Source: a virus
Virus record (IMG/VR): IMGVR_UViG_3300044742_000097
Coordinates: 6,146-70,145 of that record
DNA length: 64,000 bases
Direction: 5' to 3' (one strand)
Each line of letters begins with the position of its first letter. Positions within the stretch are counted from its first letter, which is position 1. Shown here in pieces: positions 58,201 to 64,000 of the stretch. The notes below the pieces were generated by a model, which was given only the letters and a program-made list of their open reading frames with translations, was not told the origin of the DNA and ran no database searches. Both the position numbers and the translations under genes were made by a program.

Positions 58201-59495
58201 TCTTGCAGGATATCGGGCCGAATATCAGCTTGTGTTCCGACGCTCATCGGAAGGTCCACGATCTCCGCGCCGTACTGCCGAGCGAGCTTCGTCAGCTCGC
58301 CCTTATTCACCTCGTCGTAGATGTGCTCGAACGCCACAGCCTTTGGATGCAGTGGGTCGTAGCCGTAACGAATGGCCTGATCTCGGCCGCGTGTCAAGGC
58401 GAGATAGTCCTCGTCGTTGTTCACAGCGTTCAGCAGCTGCTTCTTGAGCTCTAGGCGCGCGTAGTCCGCCGGATTCTTAAACGGCGCGTCAGGAACGCGA
58501 GTGTTCAGGATATCGTATCGAGCCTCGCCGCCGGGAGTTAGGAACGCTCCATTCGGCATCTGGCCTTTGCGAAGGCTCGCCATCTCCTCCTCGTCACCCG
58601 GAAGACTATGTCCACGCCGCCCCGCCGCCGCCTCAGCCTCTTTCTTAACCTGCTCTATGCGTTCTTGAATCGCGTCGAGGCGAGTACGGTATCCTACTTC
58701 GTTTGCCCCTCGGCTGTGTCCAGTTCCCGCTAACTGGGTCAGCTCAGCCTGGAGTTGGTTATATTCCAGTTGGCGTTCATACGTCAGGCCATCCTGCCAC
58801 TGCCGAGACTCCGCTGCGTCCTGATGGGGGTCCGATTGAATCTCCTCGACCAACCGAACGCCTGCTCCCTCCGGTAGCTTATGTGAACTTGACCGAGACC
58901 AGCTAATGGCCTCAGGATCGAAGTGCTGCGGATAGCTGTAGCCCTTCATCCGAGTGATTGACTCGTTGTAAGTCGAGCCGGGTGTCTGATGCGAGAGTCG
59001 AACCCCGTAGTCATGGTCGGGTCCGTACTGGGCACTCCTGACTTTAAGTCGTGTGCCAGGAGGAGTCGTGACCTGACCGGAGCTTCCGGACATCACGAAG
59101 CTACCTACGGCCTCGCCCGTCCCCGGGCCCACAAGCTTCTCGATCGCCTTCGAGGTAGTCATCACCGGATCGGACTGATCGGTAAGTCTGAACTCCGGTC
59201 GGGTCTTACGCACGAAGTCCAGAACCTGTTCCTTCGTAGCCGTCTCCCACTTCGGGAAGTTCTTCAGGGCGTAGTCCAGCTCCTCTTTCTTGAGCGGGAA
59301 CTCCATCCCCTCGCGCTTGAGCATCCGACCAGGCTTCAGATAGCCACGCCATTGCGCCTCCGATCCACGCTCGAACGGCGCGGCCTGAATTAGCTGGTCC
59401 AGGGTTGAGAAGAAGCCCTTCTGAGGAGCAAGAGACTCGGCGTACTCCCTCAACTCACGGAGCGCGTCCTTGGGAACCTTACCGCCCTTGGCCAT
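55287..59495 (-). CDS. large multidomain internal/ejected virion protein
   Basis: ~1400 aa; starts MAKGGKV; LVEEIQSD motif; six GG motifs. Confidence 0.65.
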   Translation of the reverse strand: MAKGGKVPKDALRELREYAESLAPQKGFFSTLDQLIQAAPFERGSEAQWRGYLKPGRMLKREGMEFPLKKEELDYALKNFPKWETATKEQVLDFVRKTRPEFRLTDQSDPVMTTSKAIEKLVGPGTGEAVGSFVMSGSSGQVTTPPGTRLKVRSAQYGPDHDYGVRLSHQTPGSTYNESITRMKGYSYPQHFDPEAISWSRSSSHKLPEGAGVRLVEEIQSDPHQDAAESRQWQDGLTYERQLEYNQLQAELTQLAGTGHSRGANEVGYRTRLDAIQERIEQVKKEAEAAAGRRGHSLPGDEEEMASLRKGQMPNGAFLTPGGEARYDILNTRVPDAPFKNPADYARLELKKQLLNAVNNDEDYLALTRGRDQAIRYGYDPLHPKAVAFEHIYDEVNKGELTKLARQYGAEIVDLPMSVGTQADIRPDILQEFGVEDTNEFIDFVRQNESAGSLTALNTYLHQIDVGAVPDEMRERGSAIGGEIAKIMDEQDQADNAQHDRPSERMSADEWNRYMMRTNSRIRELFNEYKDIADTMYSLYSKKTYEDNPKLGLEGVESFPALKLTPEVKQRIKDAGVSLWAAPAAAAGLEMLDQEEEPEGMAKGGRAKKAEGGAVDKGPTGLDELRNLATWWNEFMLPGGVPDETKRALKDQYPEDYAQRIADLGSARTQSKQDTRRFLGTGASSLYATDEEGNVRLPFIHDPSVHSAPAPLPGIVDQTLELPDWFAQWFGTRGPQWSQEAGARSDKALDEIMARMDYDPADTPGEYALESAATMLTQPPVPGGTFKALKAPFAAAGKYAREAAGPVLGRIGQAASLVPRAGIEFFGPMIEASPLNYLQGTAFGTALRSAVDKIMSQGDHPEDSEHGDVRQTSDESFEMDPVIGPGLRKSQLLGAVKSGAVSLEEAEKLLDALEARTSIIESPKEETSMVRKAKGGKIVPFKPKLKADVQELQKILDSLDRPETELDPELLKRIGIEHISPYKPTKKAKGGRIVRADRIIGKLRERLGDIADDLSHGIRSGQMDEKGFIKNDEKAKRIYDLIYKLEDVQEEPTKHAKGGKVPPKGVSLMDLRKMVSGMLSNPNVEGTGKELAPLDTSANPVESIEQPPLEVQLQELEGKAKPSLAETPVSRRDVLKGMASLANPIQFDPMALLSGADAPVAAAVEDVAAPIMGVIARMNDKEGYERGAWGPTAAAAWRNLVNHMAEGLEPNPTKPGESSEFEDIQQLLDVLNEHGIDYSQGTDKDLSDQMSDPIDNVMSWVRGERNYLREAEYVHDQDEMPPARSSTKDLVEYHVENENMQHTIQEAADELGVPIEQVKEELRKRIKQESEQELVYDPEDLEASSQVRKIFDELAADDSILDDRREYQIDDLKQAYPELTWAEAAELRWLIEGSFRESYDAL

Positions 59496-59496
59496 G

Positions 59497-62346
59497 TTAC
59501 GGCGCCGGTTGAGGCTGAGCTTCTCGGTTGCCGATCGCCGCGCCGAGGGCCGCACCTACTCCGGCCGCCGCAGCCCGACGAGGCCAGCGATAGGCGTTCA
59601 ACCGCGAGAGGCGTTTGGCCGTCCGTGCGAAGTTGTCCATCTCCTTCGGATTTCCCTGCTGGAGAAGCGCGATCATTTGCTTCGCTTGTTTCTCGCTCAT
59701 GTTGGGGAGGTCGTTGTAGATACGCAGGACCCAGCCCGGGAGCGAGATCGCGTAGCGAAGGCCGCCCGCCCGCTTGATGGCATACTCGATCGGCTCCTGT
59801 CTCTGTCGCTCTCCCTTGAGTCGTGCGTCCTCTCCCTGTTTCAGGATCTTCCCTCCGGTCCGCGCCAGCTCGGCCTCGCGCTCGATCGCGTCCTTGAACA
59901 CCCCGAAGGCGTGGGGGTTGTCGAAGAATGGCTCGACCTTGTTCATGATCTCCGGAGCGGTGAGTCGCTGCGCGGCCTTGTAGTTCTCCGCAGACGACTT
60001 ATCCAGCATCTCGAACAGATCCTGCGCCATGCCCGTACGGAAAGCATTCTTCTCGTAGAACCCCATTCCCGAAGCCATCTGTTGAAGCTCCGGGGGCTCA
60101 TAGCTCCGGAAGTCTCGACCCTTCTTCAGCGCATCGCGAATCTCCAAGTCTCCGGCGTACTGCATTCGGGCAGACTTGTATTCCTTCGGAGCGAGCTGAT
60201 CCAGTCGATCGACGTAGGTCTTTCGCAGGTCGCGAAGCACGTCGCCGAATCCAGAGTCATCCTTCTTGTTCTCCTCGGTCGCGATGAGTTTATCGAGTCC
60301 GCGTCGCACGTAGTCGTAGAACTCCAACGAAGGCTTCCGGACCATCCCGGTAATGTCCTCCTTGCCGATCTTCTTTCCAGGTGTGTTCTGGTAGAAGCGC
60401 ATAGCCCAGTTCAGAGCCTTCTGTCCCTCGGGCGTATCGATGATTTGCGTCAGGATTGGATCCTGTGGAATCCCCGGGTACTTGTCGTAGACCGGTTGAA
60501 ACAACTTCTGACGCGCCTGGTTCGAGGTAGCTTCCGTGAACTTGTCCTCCTGAGTAAAGAAGTCGTCCGGTTTCAGACCGGAGTTAACCCGTGCATCTAC
60601 GCGATCCCGGCCGCCCTCGATCCTCTCGCGGAGAGCATCCAGAGCCTCAGTCGCGTCCTTGCCTCCGTGCTGGAAGGCTCGCTCGGCGAGGACCCCGATC
60701 CCGGGAGCGTCCACGTCCATGAGCTGCTGCGGTACGCCCGCGCGCCGTCCGCGCTTAACGTCGGCAGCCGCCTCGGACGGATCGATACCCGCACGCTCCA
60801 TCGCCGCGATCACCCGCCGCTGAGCGTCGTTCGTTGCGAGACGCTTGGATGAACCCTTCACGAGAGCCTCACCGGCCATTCCCATCGGAGCGCCGAGGAC
60901 TGTGCCGATTTCTACGCCGTGGTCGGAGAGAAAGTTCAGAGCCGCCTCGAACCAGGTGTCGTCGTTCTGCTTTGAGTTTGGACGAACGATGACCTCGTTT
61001 CCCTCGAAGGGACTGGTATCTTCATCGAACGCACCTCCCTCCTGCATCCGAACCGCGCCACCTCCTTGATAACGAACGCGACCGCCCTCAGCTCGGCCCT
61101 CTCGCTGGATCCGAGCCATTTCCCTTTCACGCTCCTCCTCCGAGATACGAAATCCCTCATTCAGAGAGCGCTTGGTTTCGGGATCGGTCATCTGGTCGGT
61201 CGGGTCCTGATTGATTGGAGCCTCGTCCTGCAGCTCCTCGTCGGGAGGCGGAATGAAATCTGTATAGCTGTAGAAGGGCGTTCCCTCGTATCCGACCAGG
61301 GTTTGGTTGTGCGAGGCGTAGTAGCGGGCGAGATCGACCTTACTCAGGTAGGCCCGCTTCAGCTGCTTAACGAACCATTCGAGCCGTAGAGCATTGATCT
61401 TTTCCTCCGACCGAGGATTGTAGATACGGCTGATGAGTCTCTCACCCTCCTGTTGTGTGAACTGCGATCCGAGAATCGGCCGCAACGACCGCTGAACTGT
61501 CTGTTCGATAAGAGCCCTGACGTTCGATCCGCTGGGGAAGAAGATGTCCTGTACGGCGTCGCCAATGACCGGAAGCGTAGACATTGATCCGACGTACGGG
61601 CCGGTGAGCACGTCGCTCCCGCCCTTGAGCTCTCTAACCGCAACCTCCAAGGCTCCGATTCCGCCCGCCGCATCGGCCGATCCGTTGGAAACGAAGTCCA
61701 GATACTCAGGTGCGTACTTCGCGTTGAGCGCTCGCAGAGAATCCGGAACAACCGCAGCGAAGGGATTCTTGCCACCGATCGGCGTCTTTCCCAAAGTCTT
61801 GAGAGCCTCCTCCTGCATGCGGCCTTGGATCTGGCGCTGAAGCTGCTCGATCTGAAACTCCATGCTCGTGACGCCCTCGTCCACACCCGCCTCGGCGATA
61901 TCGAGATCAGACAGCGCGGAGTCCCGCTGCCGACTGAATTGTCGACGCTCAGCCAGGGGTTGTCGGATAGCGGCGACGGCATTGGAGAGCGACTCACCCA
62001 TCGAGCCCGTCCGGGTAGGTTGCCCTAGCGCGGCCGAGGCTGCCAAGAGCAAGTCGCCCTTGTTGAAGTCTTGTGCGAGTAGGGTCTGTCGCGCCTTCTG
62101 TAGCGCCGCGCGAACCGCCGCCGATTGAGTCTTCTTGGCCTCGACCGCCTTCGATACAGGGTTAGGACCCTGCGCCATGCTCTCGTCGAGAATGCGCTTG
62201 GAATACTCCTGGGCCTCTGGCGAGGTGAAGTTCCCGAAGACGCTCATCAGCATCATCGCGGTCGGGTCGAGCCCGCCCAGGGAAGAGCCGGTGTCTGTAT
62301 CGAGAGCTGCGGCGTTCAAGCCGCCCTCTTGGAATTTACGAACCAT
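59497..62346 (-). CDS. large internal/ejection protein
   Basis: 949 aa helical; hydrophobic Gly/Ala C-terminus; four GG motifs. Confidence 0.65.
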   Translation of the reverse strand: MVRKFQEGGLNAAALDTDTGSSLGGLDPTAMMLMSVFGNFTSPEAQEYSKRILDESMAQGPNPVSKAVEAKKTQSAAVRAALQKARQTLLAQDFNKGDLLLAASAALGQPTRTGSMGESLSNAVAAIRQPLAERRQFSRQRDSALSDLDIAEAGVDEGVTSMEFQIEQLQRQIQGRMQEEALKTLGKTPIGGKNPFAAVVPDSLRALNAKYAPEYLDFVSNGSADAAGGIGALEVAVRELKGGSDVLTGPYVGSMSTLPVIGDAVQDIFFPSGSNVRALIEQTVQRSLRPILGSQFTQQEGERLISRIYNPRSEEKINALRLEWFVKQLKRAYLSKVDLARYYASHNQTLVGYEGTPFYSYTDFIPPPDEELQDEAPINQDPTDQMTDPETKRSLNEGFRISEEEREREMARIQREGRAEGGRVRYQGGGAVRMQEGGAFDEDTSPFEGNEVIVRPNSKQNDDTWFEAALNFLSDHGVEIGTVLGAPMGMAGEALVKGSSKRLATNDAQRRVIAAMERAGIDPSEAAADVKRGRRAGVPQQLMDVDAPGIGVLAERAFQHGGKDATEALDALRERIEGGRDRVDARVNSGLKPDDFFTQEDKFTEATSNQARQKLFQPVYDKYPGIPQDPILTQIIDTPEGQKALNWAMRFYQNTPGKKIGKEDITGMVRKPSLEFYDYVRRGLDKLIATEENKKDDSGFGDVLRDLRKTYVDRLDQLAPKEYKSARMQYAGDLEIRDALKKGRDFRSYEPPELQQMASGMGFYEKNAFRTGMAQDLFEMLDKSSAENYKAAQRLTAPEIMNKVEPFFDNPHAFGVFKDAIEREAELARTGGKILKQGEDARLKGERQRQEPIEYAIKRAGGLRYAISLPGWVLRIYNDLPNMSEKQAKQMIALLQQGNPKEMDNFARTAKRLSRLNAYRWPRRAAAAGVGAALGAAIGNREAQPQPAP

Positions 62347-63379
62347 ATGCGTACCTCAGGCCACCTTCGTTGTACCGTGGTCGCGGTCGCCGACGGATTC
62401 GGCCGCCTCGCGCGTTCTGATCCCCGAAGACTTCCATAATTCCGCCGACGCCCGTAGCCAGCGAGCCGAGCTGGGCGAGCGGAGATGGTTGGAAGATACT
62501 GCCCGGACCAGTCGATGTCGACGTGCCCGTTGTCCCGTGCGGTGTACCTCGGATGATATTCGAGAGCCAGTCGGCTTGCTGCATCGGGTAATCCCTCTGC
62601 TGCTCGAAGTCCTGGTGCGCGAGATCGAGCGAGCGCTGCGTATCTTGCTGCTGTTGCGCTCCGATAGCGTTCTGAGCCTGTGCGTCCCGTAGCTGCGCGG
62701 TCTGCATATCCGTCGCGAGCCCGCCGCCTAGCGCCGCCGATCCGAGCTGAAGGTTTCCGGCCATCTGTCCGATAGCACCCATCCGAGAGGCGTCTGCTCC
62801 GAAAGCCGAAGCTCCTTGCTGATATCCCTGCGAGAGCGCCCCCAAGGCTTGTTCGTGTAGACCCTCGGTAAGATCCCGTACTCCCTGATCCACCGTTCGT
62901 CGCATGTTCGTCGATCGCGGCGACGCCCCGGCCGCTCCGAACATCTGCTGGACACCAGGTAGGAACTTCTCGTTCAGCTGCCTCTGCGCGAGCGTACCCG
63001 CCCGGTCGATTACATTGCTGATGTACGGATTCATGTAGCGAGACGCTTGATCCGGATACGTCTGCGCGGCCTTGTCGAAATACGGCTGCGCGGTTCCGGG
63101 TGCTCCTTGGGCCGCTCCTTGCGCCGCGGTCATTCCCGGCATGTACGAGCCCGAGCTGCCTCGCGTAATGTCGAACGACCTCATCTGGTCTTCGTTCAGA
63201 CCCGCCAGACGGGGACCTCCATACGCCTGATATGGTTCGGCGGCGATCGAGTTCGCCCGTCCGATCAGACCCTGCGTATAGTCGCTCAGCCACTTCGGCA
63301 TGTCCGTTGTGGTCGAGCCGTAGGTCGTCGTCGAGGGTGGCGGCTTGCCCTCGAAGAGAAAATCCAGTGCGTTACCCAT
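62336..63379 (-). CDS. DNA ejection/pilot protein
   Basis: Gln/Gly/Ala-rich; Y.G.R.A, YMNPY...V, Q..LD.A..DF.QQ..YP. Confidence 0.7.
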   Translation of the reverse strand: MGNALDFLFEGKPPPSTTTYGSTTTDMPKWLSDYTQGLIGRANSIAAEPYQAYGGPRLAGLNEDQMRSFDITRGSSGSYMPGMTAAQGAAQGAPGTAQPYFDKAAQTYPDQASRYMNPYISNVIDRAGTLAQRQLNEKFLPGVQQMFGAAGASPRSTNMRRTVDQGVRDLTEGLHEQALGALSQGYQQGASAFGADASRMGAIGQMAGNLQLGSAALGGGLATDMQTAQLRDAQAQNAIGAQQQQDTQRSLDLAHQDFEQQRDYPMQQADWLSNIIRGTPHGTTGTSTSTGPGSIFQPSPLAQLGSLATGVGGIMEVFGDQNARGGRIRRRPRPRYNEGGLRYAYGS

Positions 63380-63999
63380 TACGGTGTACCTCGTTGAGCT
63401 TTGACCTGTGCGGCTCGTGCTTCCCGAATCTTTGAGAGAATATCTCGGTCTCTGTCGACTGCCCGACGCTCCTGGAGCTGGCCAATAACCGGCGAGGTCG
63501 GATCGAGCGACTGGAGATAGGCAATCGCTTGCTCGTCTGTAAGAGGCTGGGCGTTGAGATCCTTCATCTTCAAGGCATCGATCTGTTCGCCCATGGTGGG
63601 TTCGTTCGCGCCCATGAGCGTATTCAGAATGTGCTTGAGCGAGAAGCTAACCTTCCCGCCCTTGGCATATTCCTTTTTCACCAGCTCGACAGAGCCCGGG
63701 ACCATACCCTCCATCTGTGCGTTCAGCTGTTGAAGTCTCGGCTGGTCCCCGCCGATCAGAGCAGCCTCTAGCTTGTCGGCGAACGACTTCATCTCCGTGA
63801 CCGCGCCCCCGTCTTTCTTCTTGAGCGGATCTTCCAGCGGAAGCTGAGGTTCCATCTGTGCCCGCATGACTTTGATCATCTTCCGAATACGCTCTACGTC
63901 AGCAATCCGATCGCCTGTGGTCGGTGGAGGGAGGTTCGTAGGCTCGCGGCCCGGGGCGAGCGGCCGACGATTCTGAAGCCGACGCAGATCGAGAGTCCG
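63379..63999 (-). CDS. internal virion protein, 5' end outside window
   Basis: Frame is open from the window edge; KDGGAV and YAKGGKV motifs. Confidence 0.55.
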   Translation of the reverse strand, partial: RTLDLRRLQNRRPLAPGREPTNLPPPTTGDRIADVERIRKMIKVMRAQMEPQLPLEDPLKKKDGGAVTEMKSFADKLEAALIGGDQPRLQQLNAQMEGMVPGSVELVKKEYAKGGKVSFSLKHILNTLMGANEPTMGEQIDALKMKDLNAQPLTDEQAIAYLQSLDPTSPVIGQLQERRAVDRDRDILSKIREARAAQVKAQRGTP

Positions 64000-64000
64000 A

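Noticed and set aside
59470-60852. 460-aa plus-strand ORF
   Set aside because: Antisense shadow of the 949-aa virion gene in GC-rich DNA; no motifs. The same applies to 12455-13369 and most other opposite-strand ORFs.
1-64000. Stop-codon reassignment, integrase, introns/inteins, reverse transcriptase or DGR
   Set aside because: Conserved genes are full length in the standard code and end in all three stop codons; no such motifs or insertions were recognised.

Overview
The whole window is part of a GC-rich tailed dsDNA bacteriophage genome, probably lytic (no integrase or clear repressor seen). It is probably a podovirus-type phage of a Gram-negative host. 1-25416 is a minus-strand late block: lysis genes, fibre and virion proteins, major capsid, scaffold, GroES-like chaperonin, portal, TerL, a CsrA-like gene, a RyR-domain gene and TerS. 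After an AT-rich divergent promoter region (~25420-25800), 25826-54839 is mostly plus strand: small early genes, ThyX, a minus-strand primase-polymerase, and a nucleotide/replication cluster (dNMP kinase, all-alpha dNTP pyrophosphatase, two thymidylate-synthase-fold proteins, dCMP deaminase, UDG-fused family A polymerase, PD-(D/E)XK nuclease, AAA_24, DUF669, SF2 helicase). 54836-64000 is a second minus-strand block of large, probably ejected/internal virion proteins, which suggests a circularly permuted genome. Most notable: (1) fibre-like proteins with Sec-type signal peptides and even Cys counts; (2) a twin-arginine-signal protein carrying a 15/24-identical copy of a segment of this phage's own major capsid protein; (3) a probable cytosine-modification pathway with two Asp-type TS homologues alongside ThyX; (4) a short GG motif repeated about 19 times across internal virion proteins and the portal; (5) several strongly base-paired intergenic RNA candidates; (6) a family of basic HTH-like paralogues. 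All calls are from reading motifs by eye; no searches or computations were run.
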